DNA of 64,000 nucleotides, from positions 27,032,001 to 27,096,000 of the forward strand of contig NC_043015.1 in assembly GCF_006345805.1 (NCBI RefSeq). The letters run 5' to 3'. Positions 25,512 to 37,420 of the stretch are shown here, one piece after another. How positions within the stretch are numbered: the stretch's first letter is position 1; each line of letters starts with the position of its first letter. A model generated the notes under the pieces. The model was given only the letters and a program-made list of their open reading frames with translations. It was not told where the DNA came from and ran no database searches. The DNA comes from Octopus sinensis (lineage: Eukaryota). Both the position numbers and the translations under genes were made by a program.

Positions 25512-28480
25512 CTAAGTCCAGTTTGCCGTGGCTGGCCACTGATCTAAGAGAGAGTTTGTAGCTGCTGCCCTTAGGTTACCTTCGTACCTTGCAGTGGGTT
25601 CATCTGGGATCCCGGAAAGCAGCTTGTCTAGATGTTTTTTGAAAATGTCCACATCCGCATCATGTAGATCTCTTAGTTTTCTTGGCAGTTTGTTGAAAAG
25701 CTGAGGGCCCCTGAACCCCAGGCTATTACAGTATCTGCTCCTTACCCTGGATGTGGAAGACGGACCTTTGGCACCACACAGTGACGTCCTGTACGGGGAT
25801 TGGAACAGCTCTCAATTCCAAAATTTGGTGCTAGTCCCTCCAGGATTTTCCATATGTATATCACTGCATATCTCTCTCGTCTTCGTTCCAAGGAGTACAA
25901 ATTGAGTTCCCTAAGCCTCTCCCAATAGTTCTTTTCTTTCATGGTGGAAATCCTCTTGGTGAAATGTCTTTGGATTGTCTCAAGCTCTGTGGTTAGTTTG
26001 ACACTATGCGGTGACCACAGTTGGAAGCAGTAGTCCAGGCGGCTTAGGACAAATGTCCTCCATAGTGTCAACATGGTCTCGCAGTCTCTTGTCCGGAATG
26101 TCCTCAGGATCCAGCCAGTGAGTCATCTGCACATTGTCGCCACCTTCGCGATGTGTGAAGAAAAAGATGCATCGTCACTCATGTCTATCCCCAGGTCCCG
26201 TATTGATTTCGATACTGGGATTTCGATCCCTCCTGGACCAGTATAGTTGTGTTGTAATGTATATGTGTTTACAGCTTGATATTGTAAGGCTTGAAATTTA
26301 CCAGCATTAAATTGCATGTTGTTGTCTTCAGCCCATTTGTTTATGGCATCCAGATCTTGTTGTAAAAGGTCAGCATCAGCTGGGTTTTTGATTGCCTGTG
26401 CTACCTTTGTGTCATCAGCATAGCTAGTGAGGGATGTTGTTTGTGCTACCAAGGGCATGTCAGAGAGCGCCACCAAAAACAGCAAGGGTCCCAAGACTGT
26501 GCCCTGTGGCACCCCGCTTGCTATTGGTGTCTTTCCCGAGAGGCTCCATTGGCTGCGACCATCTGGCTTCTGTCCTTCAGGAAGTCATGTATCCACTCAC
26601 CTACTTTTCCTGTTATGCCGATCTGAGTAATTTGTGACATATCACTCCGTGGTCGACTTTGTCAAAGGCCTTCGCAAAGTCGAGATATACCACATCCACC
26701 TGTGAGCGATCCAGTAGTTGTTTCAGTACCCAGTCGTAGTTTGTGTAACAGCTGCGTAAGGCAGCTTCTTCCTGGGCGAAAGCCATGCTGTGTGTCAGTG
26801 AGACGGTTAGTTTCTTCGAGGAACGTGATCAGTTTTTTTCTGATGATTCGTTCCATGACCTTACTTATGTGTGACGTCAGGGAGACTGGCCTGTAGTTTT
26901 TGGCCTCTGCTCTACTCCCTCCTTTGTGGATAGGGCATATGGTGCCTTCTTTTAGCGCCTGGGCAGTTTACCGTTAGCCAAGGAACCACTGAAGAGCTTC
27001 TTCAGTGGTCCCGCTAGGGCATGCCTGCATGTTTTTAGGAGGACTGCTGGGAATCCATCTGGTCCAGCAGCTGAGTTTATTCTCATTTCTTCTATGGCAG
27101 ATATTACATCCCTCTCTGTTATGTCTATGTGGTCGATGGTTGTTGTTTGGTTTTGGAGTGTTGTGGCATCAAAGAAAACTTCTGGGTTTGTGATTTGCAT
27201 GTGCCCCAGAGGGGATGTGAACACACTTTTATACTGTTCCTTTAGTATTTCACTTATCCCTCTCGGGGGTCCTCAGTTAGAGAGCCCTTTTTATCAAAGA
27301 GGGGCCAATCTTGCAGTGTACCGAGGTGGTTTCTTTCGCAAATTTAAAGAAGGCTTTAGGGTTTGTTTTAATATTCTCTATGGCCCTGGCTTCTCTCTCT
27401 GCCCTCTCCTTCTCATAGGAAAGTTTGAGTGCAGTTTCCGTTCAAAAAGTTTCAGGTGGAGTCCCTCATTGTTCTCTGCCGTGCATTCAGTTGCTTCGAG
27501 AGCTTAGCTCTTCGCCTCATAAGTATTTCCTGTCTCTGCGAATAACGTTCCTATGCCCGCTGGCTTTTTTCTCCGGGACAAACTTATGGCATATGTTCTG
27601 TATTGTTGTCATGAAATGTTGGAAATGTGTGTTGGTGTCTTGTGTGGTGATGAAGTCACTCCAGTCATGTTTTCGGATCTCTTCGTTGATCTTCTTCCAG
27701 TTTGCCTTATGGAAGTTTAGACTGGATAGGCCTGTGGTATTTTCTAATGGCTGCGTCTCAACTAACTCTCTCATACCATATATCATTACCTCTACTAAGT
27801 TGTGATCTGAGAGAATTGTTGGTGTTACCATTATTTGTGGATGAGCATCGGGTTGCTTGTGAAACAGAGGTCCAAGACATTCTCACCTCTTGTTGGCCAA
27901 AGCACTGCTTGCTCCATGAAAAACTTGCGTGTGAGAGCCAACAAGGACTCTGTTGTCTCTGTTCAAGTGATGTCATTCCAGGGAGGAGATGGCCATCTGG
28001 CCATTTGACTTTCGGAAGGTTAAAATCTCCCAGCAGTAGAATGGTGTTACCCTGGTCCAGTTTGTCCAGGACTTCTTCTATTCTTCTGAGGCTATCTTCA
28101 AACCACTCCTTCATGACTAGGGGTGTCTGGTGGCCGATATGTGACAATATTACTATTTTCGGTTGTTTCATGTGTACTATCAGTGTGTCACAGACTGAGT
28201 TTGAGTGTGTCAACAGTACTATGGGTGTGACATCTTCACGGACGTACAGGGCAACCCCACCATGAGTTCTTTCTTCCTGTCCGACCGAAAAACAGTATAC
28301 TTCGGTATGTGTATTTCTGCATCTGCTATATGCTTGACAGGTGCGTTTCAGTCAGCGCTATGCATATTGCATGGTTGCTTGTGCTCAAGTCCCTAAGGTA
28401 AGGAATTTTACCCATATTAGTGGGTTCACCAGACCTCTGACATTCAGCAGAAGCACTGGTGAGACACACCGGGGTGTCAA
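25512..28480 (-). pseudogene. LINE ORF2 (apurinic-like endonuclease plus reverse transcriptase), frameshifted
   Basis: Pieced together from ORFs 28326-28526, 27758-28213, 27517-27831, 26952-27224, 26662-26856, 26123-26512 and 25742-26074; stop TAG at 25512-25514. The start position is approximate. Confidence 0.85.
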
Positions 28481-28529
28481 TAAAGGCTGACGGTGAGGCA
28501 CCTGGGCCGGCGTCAGCGGTGGCCACCCT

Positions 28530-29380
28530 GGGTCCCTTGATTGTGGTGGTCTTGAGTGCTGTTGTGAGTGCCTCTGGCTCTGAAGACGATGTATCCAGGC
28601 CAGTTGTCCCACAATTTTCTCTGCCATTTCCACAAAATTTCTTTGTTCTGCTGCCGCCGTCTGCATTTCCTCTGCAAATGTGCGCCTTCTCCTTGTTGGG
28701 GCATTACGCACTATGTCTGCATATTTCTGGGGCAGCTTGTATTTGTTCTGGTTTTGGTTAAGGCATTTTGGTCGAGTGGGTTTGATGCAATTTCCATAGG
28801 GCCTGGGATGAGCGAACATGCATCCTTCCCCTGTTTCTCCATGCCAGCAGGTTCCATTCCGGAAAAATTTGCATGTTATCTGGGTTTTCTTGTCCCCAGT
28901 TCCTCTCTGTTTTTTCTCCTCCGTTGGACGGTTGTCCACTGGTTCCTTTCTGCATAGGTCTTTTCATCCGGGTGGTTATTTTCTGTTTCCCCATCGCCGT
29001 CTATCTGTTGTTTGCCCTGCTTGCCTTCTTCGACTGTGGCAGTGGGCGTGTCATTTTTGACACTCTGTGGTTGGTGTTTCCTGTTTCCATCTCTCTTCTT
29101 TGTCTTTGTCCACCTTGAGGACTTGGCTTAGCAAAGCCATGTGTGGTGCATGCAAGAGAGTGTAGGCCCTTTCGACTTCTCTTTTCTTCCTCTCTACTTG
29201 CGCCAACGTCCTCATAAAGCCATGGCTTTTCAGGGTCGCCGCTATGTTTTTAGTTGGTTGCGATCTGTCGGCCGAGCTCCATCCTCTGATGAAAACTTCC
29301 AGCTCTACTTTCGTCCAGTTACGCTGGCTTTTGTTGACGCCAGTGTTTGCATTCACCTCTAATTTTTGCATGTTGTCCAT
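28530..29380 (-). pseudogene. LINE ORF1 with N-terminal Myb/SANT-like (trihelix) motif and CCCH zinc finger, frameshifted
   Basis: RNWTKVELEVFIRGW...IAATLKSHGFMRTLAQVERKKREVERAY at 29162-29323; C-x7-C-x8-C-x3-H (CKFFRNGTCWHGETGEGCMFAH) at 28808-28873. Confidence 0.65.
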
Positions 29381-29534
29381 TCCGTTGTAGCGGGGAGAGA
29401 GAGAGAAGCTGTGAGGGAAAAAGGGAGAAGGGAGGAGAGAGGAAGAGATTGTGATTGTGAGGAAGGGAGGAATTATATTATATTATATATATTAATTTAT
29501 ATTAATCTAATAGTGCAATAGGGGGTAGGGAGAA

Positions 29535-29975
29535 AGTAGAGAAGGGAGCGTCTATGTACTTAAGGAGAAATGGGAGCCGAGAGTAAGAGAGAAGAGGAAA
29601 AGAGGAGAGACTGAGAGCTGAAGGAGAGAGAGAAAGCGTCTATGTCCTTATATGTATCCGAGAGAGGAGAGTAAGTTAGAAGAGAAAGGGAGCGTCTATG
29701 TACTTAAGGAGAAATTGGGAGCCGAGAGTAAGAGAGGAAGAGGAAGAGGAGAGACCGAGAGCTGAAGAAGAGAGAGAGAGAAAGCGTCTATGTCCTTATA
29801 TGTATCCGAGAGAGAGAGTAAGTTAGAAGAGAAAGGGAGCGTCTATGTACTTAAGGAGAAATTGGGAGCCGAGAGTAAGAGAGAAGAGGAAGAGAGAGAG
29901 ACCGAGAGCTGAAGGAAGAGAGAGAAAGCGTCTATGTCCTTATATGTATCCGAGAGAGGAGAGTAAGTTAGAAGA
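29535..29975. repeat. Three copies of an approximately 145-bp purine-rich tandem repeat
   Basis: agcgtctatgtacttaaggag at 29547, 29691 and 29838. Confidence 0.9.
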
Positions 29976-30204
29976 GAGAAATGGAGAGACAAGGAGAAGC
30001 GGGAGAGAAACTGAAGAGATAGAAGAGAGTAATGGAGAGACAAGAAAGAGAAGCGGGAGAGAAACTGAAGAAAGATAGGGAGAGAAGGAAGAAATATAGA
30101 GAGAATTTATATATTTGAAAGGGGGAGTAAGATAGAATGAGAGCTATGAAGAGACAAGGAGAAGCGTGAGTGAGAGAAACTGAAGAGACAGACAGAGAGA
30201 GAGA

Positions 30205-30608
30205 GAGAGGGGAGAATTCTAAGCGAAGCTATTTGTACAACACACACACGCGTATACATACATACACATACACACATATACACATGTGTGCACACGCAAT
30301 ATATAAACAGTAGTACCAAGTGAGTATATAAAGAAACAATAATAATAATAATGAAATAGCTGAAAGAAAGAAAACAATCCAAGAGATTTTACAGAATTTA
30401 AGCAGAGAAAAAGAGAGGGGAGAATTCTAAGCGAAGCTATTTGTACACACACATACACGCATACACATACACACATATACACACGTGTGCACATGCACAT
30501 ATATAAACAGTAGTACCAAGTGAGTATATAAAGAAACAATAATAATAATAATGAAATAGCTGAAAGAAAACAATCCAAGAGATTTTACAGAAATTAAGCA
30601 GAGAAATA
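30205..30608. repeat. 208-bp tandem duplication
   Basis: ggagaattctaagcgaagctatttgtac at 30211 and 30419. Confidence 0.9.
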
Positions 30609-31092
30609 TATGTATATATATATACGACACCTCCTTCTAGAAGGAATATGGAAAAATATTTCATAACTAAGCTCTCCCCCAAATTGAATGGCTGAAAATA
30701 TCTCTATAATAAGCTGTACCAAATTTGTTAAGTAAAGTGTATTAAACACACACACGCACACACAGTTCTACACATATGTTTTGGTTTTTGAAAATACAAT
30801 ATTGAACAAAGGATATTCTAATATTTGAATGAAACCATTTCACTTTAATTTGTGGAACCAGTTGCTCATATATGATAAAACTTAATATTTATTTAACTGT
30901 CGATCAGTGAGATATTAGACTAAATCAACTGAAGATCAGAAAACAGACTCAGTAGTTGTCAGTTTGTATTCTGTCATTTGTAACTTCAACACAAGAAAGT
31001 CTCTTTTTCAAGTATGGACTTTATGAAATTTTACTCATCATACATTGAAGGACAAATCTTTAAATTTACAATTTAACATAGAGGAGCATTTA

Positions 31093-31129
<37 letters not shown>

Positions 31130-31144
31130 CATACATATATATAT

Positions 31145-31557
<413 letters not shown>

Positions 31558-32189
31558 TATATAGTGGTATAAATATCAACACAATTATTTCTTCTTCCTT
31601 TTTTTCTTCCTCTTTTCCTTTCTTCCCTTCTCCAAACTCAGAAACACCCCCACACATCACCTCCACAAAACAATAATAAAAAGAATTCTTCTTCTCTAAA
31701 CCCCAAAACCATTTGACCATCCCTCATTAAACACACACACTCTCTCACAATGATAAAAAGGAAATATAATTTATGGTCTACCTCCCCGCCACCACACTCA
31801 ACACTATGGAATGGTCAAAACTGAAATTCTTTTTCCCCAAGATCTTAGAACCCCCCTTGGAGTAAGCATCCTGTCCAGCAGAGCAAAACAATTTTTTCTT
31901 CTTCCCTCTCCCTTCAGCACTTCTTCCAAATACAAAAACACACACACATGCTCTCTCTCTCTCTCTCTCTCTCACTTTCTGCTCATCCATCACCCTCTTG
32001 TACTGTCTTATATTCCTCCCCACCACTACAAACTCAATAACACTATGAAATGGTCAAAACTTTTCACACAGAAACTTAGTTCGATTTGAAAACCCCACTA
32101 GAATGGGAGAAAGCGCTAATACATGATATAAGTTAAATGATGTATAAAAACATGTAGTATACAAAGAAATATCTGTAAATATAAAACCA

Positions 32190-32680
32190 TCTCAAGAGAT
32201 TAAAACTATATTCCCTGGAGCGTAGGCGGGAAAGTTAGGCCATAATATACATCTGGAAGATCCTGGAGGGACGTGTCCTAAACTTTGGCATTGAGAGTTA
32301 CGCAAATGCCAGAACTGGGCGCCACTGCGTGGTGCCTAGGACTCCAAACTCGCCATCAAGATGTAGGACAAGATTCTGTGATAGCCTGGGCTTCCGAGGC
32401 CCACAGCTCTTCAATATCCTCCCGAAGAACCTGAGAGACCTGCATGGGGTGGATGCAGATGTCTTTAAAATGAAACTGGATCTCTTCCTGTCAGGTGTCC
32501 CAGATGAACCAACTTCACGGCAGGAGGTGCAGATGAGGGCAGCTGCATCGAACTCTCTCATGCACCAAATGGCAGTTGCTAAAAAGCTTTCGTGAAGTAA
32601 AACCAAGTAGCAACACCAAATGGCGGTGCCCCAGCATGGCCACAGCTCATAAGCTGAAACTAGAATCAATCAATCAATCA
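32190..32680 (+). mobile_element. CR1-group LINE 3' fragment
   Basis: LKLYSLERRRE..IYIWKILEG..RFCDSLGFRGPQLFNILPKNLRDL..DLFLSGVPDEP; tail GGCGGTGCCCCAGCATGGCC..CTGAAAC followed by (AATC)n. Confidence 0.9.
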
Positions 32681-32747
32681 TCTGAATTTCTGAGTACCTC
32701 ATTTCTTCTAATATAAAATACCAGTACATCATCTCCAAACCTTCCAA

Positions 32748-32810
<63 letters not shown>

Positions 32811-32812
<2 letters not shown>

Positions 32813-33178
32813 TCTTTTACTCTTTTACTCTTTTACTTGTTTCAGTCATTTGACTGCGGCCATGCTGGAGCACCACCTTTAGTCGAGCAAATCGACCCCG
32901 GGACTTATTCTTTGTAAGCCCAGTACTTATTCTATCGGTCTCTTTTGCCGAACCGCTAAGTGATGGGGACGTAAACACACCAGCATCGGTTTTCAAGCAA
33001 TAGTAGGGGGACAAACACAGACACACAAACATATACACACACACTTATATATATATATATACATATATACGACAGGCTTCTTTCAGTTTCCGTCTACCAA
33101 ATCCACTCACAAGGCATTGGGACTGAACCCGAAACCATGTGGTTGGTTAGCAAGCTACTTACCACACAGCCACTCCAG
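32811..33178 (-). mobile_element. tRNA-derived SINE, family A (internal deletion of about 55 bp)
   Basis: Co-linear with 49800-50203; 3' tail (AAAGAGT)n. Confidence 0.9.
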
Positions 33179-33305
33179 CGCCTATATGTATATATATATA
33201 TACTATTAAAGGGGATGTAGCCTTTTTCTCTACAGAAAAAAAAACTCCATCAGGAATTGTTGCAGTATATTAAAAGAACCTTTACGATTAAACATTATAA
33301 ATATC

Positions 33306-33841
33306 TTATAAGGAAGGGCTAAATAAAGTTTTTCTAAAGCCAATATACTGAAATCCACGTTTAATCTACTTGCGGCAGAAAGTTGAACTGAAATTCGGGC
33401 AACTATACCTTTGGAACATTTAAATTTCGTTATCTCAATATTGAATCAATTTCGGAATTAACACCATAAGGGTTCGTTCGTCTTCAGTTAAGCTTACGAG
33501 AGAATATACGTAGCGGCGGCAAGTCAACATGTTGTTCTGAGACTTAACCTAAGAACTTTTATTTTTGGATATAACGGGGTTACTCAGATGTGCTTGTGTT
33601 ATTCGCTTACGCTGTTTTCCAGAGGCACGTGTGAGAGTCTCACTTACATTCTCTCGTAAGCTTAACTGAAGACGAACGAACCCTTATGATGTTAATTCCG
33701 AAATTGATTCAATATTGAGATAACGAAATTTAAATGTTCCAAAGGTATAGTTGCCCGAATTTCAGTTCAACTTTCTGTAGCAAGTAGATTAAACGTGGAT
33801 TTTAGTATATTGACTTTAGAAGTACTTTCTTTAGCCCTTGC

Positions 33842-33847
<6 letters not shown>
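33306..33847. mobile_element. Fold-back/MITE-like element with about 200-bp imperfect TIRs and 142-bp spacer
   Basis: 33306-33505 is the reverse complement of 33648-33847 with scattered substitutions. Confidence 0.7.
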
Positions 33848-33899
<52 letters not shown>

Positions 33900-34038
33900 C
33901 CTGCTCGCTTAGCCAGCGGCGTGGCGTCATTCGAAGGCTAAAACAATGCGAACGCATTGTGAGCAGCGATGTGTAACAACATCTGATGGCCTGGTCGGTC
34001 ACGTGATCACGTGATATATATATATATAATATATATAT

Positions 34039-34071
<33 letters not shown>

Positions 34072-34079
34072 ATATATAT

Positions 34080-34126
<47 letters not shown>

Positions 34127-34250
34127 TATAGATAGATAGATAGATAGATACATTTATGTATATATATACACACACATATATATATACACATATATATAAT
34201 ATATGTATATATAATATATGTATATATATGTATATATATATGTATATATG

Positions 34251-34302
<52 letters not shown>

Positions 34303-34406
34303 ATAACTTTGCTGTCTTTCGTGTTTCGTAAAATAACATATTACAATTTCCACTTGCTGATTTTGATTGTGTGTGTGTGTGTGTGTGCGTGTGTGTGTAT
34401 GTGTAC

Positions 34407-34452
<46 letters not shown>

Positions 34453-36173
34453 ACGTGTGTGGTATTGAGAAAGGACAATGTCTTGGATATCAATCCCATA
34501 AGAGGACGCGTTATCTTGTTGTTACACTGTTATTACTGCACCTGCGCCAAAGATGTAAGTGTGCGTCTGTATTTGCATCTTTCTATCTCTGTGTCTGTGC
34601 GCATGCATGATGTATGTGTGCCTGTCTATTGTACTTGCGAGTGTGTATATTTGTTTGTGTGCTTACGACGAGAAATTCGTGAGAGAGAGAAGAAGAAGAC
34701 AGTGTGTGAATGTTCGCAGATATATAATAACATGCTACACGACACGGTGTATAAGATACAATAATGTCAATGCAACCGACTTCCAGAATATTAAAAATAC
34801 AAAACAATCCATTAAATTTTGGGCATCTTTCTTTTTTCTATTTATATTTCATTTATTTATTTTCTCTGCGTATATCTTAGGAAAATTTCACAGAGAAAGT
34901 GCGAAAATGTGACCAGCATTGTAGTAAAGGAGTCTGGGGATTTTGTGTCACGGAATCCTGTAATTGGATTACGACGATTGGATTACGAAGATCAGTTATA
35001 GATGTGACCATTATTTACATTGATGACGCCATCTGCCATGCATGAACAATTATCGTTTGATGGATTCTATCTCTGGGGATAGGTGTCGACACCTCAATAG
35101 CTTTCACCAGTTTTCAGAGTTATGCTAGGACGAAGCTAATGGCGTTCAAGCACATTCAAAGTTCGTCTTCGAAATGTTTTGAGGGGATTTAATTCACACT
35201 GATGGCTGGCTACAATTTTACATGGACGTTTTTCTGCTGCAGGAAATATTCAATGAGCTCTAGGTGTTTGCTTTCTTTTGTTATCCTACAAAAAGCATAA
35301 TTTTAAACGGAGAGCAATCAAAAGCAGAACGAGTGGTTCCTAAAAGCTGGTCAGTGTGACACTGACTTGATAACTTTGGCCCGACACATTGGTCTAATCC
35401 AATCTTACCCCAAACCATAGCGTTTGAACCATACTATAGGTTTTCCTCAGTCGCAAATGTATTATTAAAACACTTTCTTTGTGTTTAAAGCAGCGAGTAA
35501 GCAGAGTTGTTTAACTGTTGGATAGAATGTTTTGTGGTATTTATTCCGATTCTCTGAGCTCTAAGTTCAAATCTCGCCGAGGTTAACTATGTCTTTCATA
35601 CTTTCGGTTCGATTTGAAAAAAAGTAAATCATGCCAGTCGAGAGCGATGGACTGATGGAAATGGTAGAGCACCGAATGGGATGGCTTGTCGTATCTGTCT
35701 TGTCTCTGAGTTGAAATCTTAACCCGTGACCGAGAAACATTGTCACTCTGACAGAAATAGCCACCAACAGATAATTTCATCAATTTGAAACACAAACCGG
35801 AAAAAGATTTTTGGGGTTTTACCGAAAGGCCACCTCCACCTAGGATTCGCACTGTTCTAACCGATCCCTCAACCCTTTTAACTCTGGTGTGATGCTAATG
35901 AAACCACGAAGCAACTTCATTGCAGCTTCTGTTATTTTATTCTTCCCCCTGTCCACTTAATTCCCGCTTCATGTTCGATGTCATTTAATTCGTCTGCTCC
36001 GAGGAGAGCGGTTTATTTCAAATTGATGTAATGCTTTCATTGATTGAGTAAATAGAGCTGCTTGAAACGGCCATATTCGAGTAAATAGAGCCGCTTGAAA
36101 CGGCCGTATTTCACCGATATCTGGGCATTCTTGTTACTTATTTGCTGTTTGTACATACATATATATATATATA

Positions 36174-36400
36174 CGAGAAAAAAGCAACAAGAATGGATTA
36201 GTTTTTTAGTACAATTGTTTCATACAAAGACAGGCTTTATTAAAAGCTGCAAATATTGCAGCAAATACAAGTGTCCCGTACTCATCAGCTAAAGTACGGG
36301 ACACTTGTATTTGCTGCAATATTTGCAGCTTTTATAAAGCCTGTCTTTGTATGAAACAATTGTACTAAAAAACTAATCCATTCTTGTTGCTTTTTTCTCG
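36174..36400. repeat. 227-bp palindrome folded back at a hammerhead core
   Basis: Arms 36174-36282 and 36293-36400; the spacer contains the reverse complement of CTGATGA. Confidence 0.92.
36205..36293 (-). ncRNA. Type I hammerhead ribozyme with long stem II
   Basis: TTTAG/CTAAA stem I; CTGATGA; stem II GTAC-GGGACA...TGTCTT(T)-GTAT with an inner GCTGCAA/TTGCAGC hairpin; GAAA; palindromic ACAATTGT stem III; GUA site. Confidence 0.82.
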
Positions 36401-36511
36401 TTTATAATCATCCCACATTATTGTATGGTTAATACCATATAGTTTTCTGGTGCATCTGAGTTAAGTACCGCATTCAAGTGAATTCATTAGAACTGACTTG
36501 AATCTTAATTG

Positions 36512-36603
<92 letters not shown>

Positions 36604-36779
36604 GTGTGTGTATGTATGTATGTATGTGTGTGTGTGTATGTAGGTATGTATGTATGTATGTATGTATTTATCTATCTATCTATATATATATATAGATAGA
36701 TACATACATACATACATACACACACACGCATACATACATACATACATACACACACATACATACATACATATATATATAT

Positions 36780-36825
<46 letters not shown>

Positions 36826-36912
36826 ATATGTATGTATGTATGTATGTGTGTGTATGTATGTATGTATGTATCTATCTATCTATATATATATATATTATAT
36901 ATATATATATAT

Positions 36913-36946
<34 letters not shown>

Positions 36947-37420
36947 GCATACATACATACATACACACACATACATACATACATACATACATACATGCAC
37001 ACACACACACATACATACATACATACATACTTGCATACATACATACATATATACATACATACATACATACATACATACATACATACATACATACATACAT
37101 ACATACATGCATACATGCGTACATACAGTCCCCACACATTAGTGTGGTGTGTTTGCAACGAAGAATTGTGCAAAGGAATAGTTAAAATTGTTTCAAAGCC
37201 GAAACGATGCAGATTTGAAATAAGAAGAGAAAAACCGAAGGAACACGAAACCATTTAACACTCAATCTTTCCTTTCTCATGAAATCCAGCAAATACATTT
37301 GAAGCTTTGTTTTGACAGCTTTAGTTTTGCTTCCACTTTTTAATTTCAAATTTTCATTTCACAGGCTTTCAAACTGTCTTAGCAATATATATGCATGCAT
37401 GTATATATATATATAAAACA

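Larger units (their letters stand above)
25437..29395 (-). mobile_element. Near full-length CR1-group LINE (ORF1 plus APE-RT ORF2, several frameshifts)
   Basis: APE: VLLLNVRGL, IALTETHL, RTHGGVALYV, LLGDFNLP. RT: NYRPVSLTSH, QHGFRPGRSCLTQL, YLDFAKAFDKVDH, GVPQGTVLGPLLFL, SYADDTK. C-terminus SRLDYCFQLWSP...YSLERRRERY. 3' tail (AAAGAGT)n at 25437. Confidence 0.93.
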
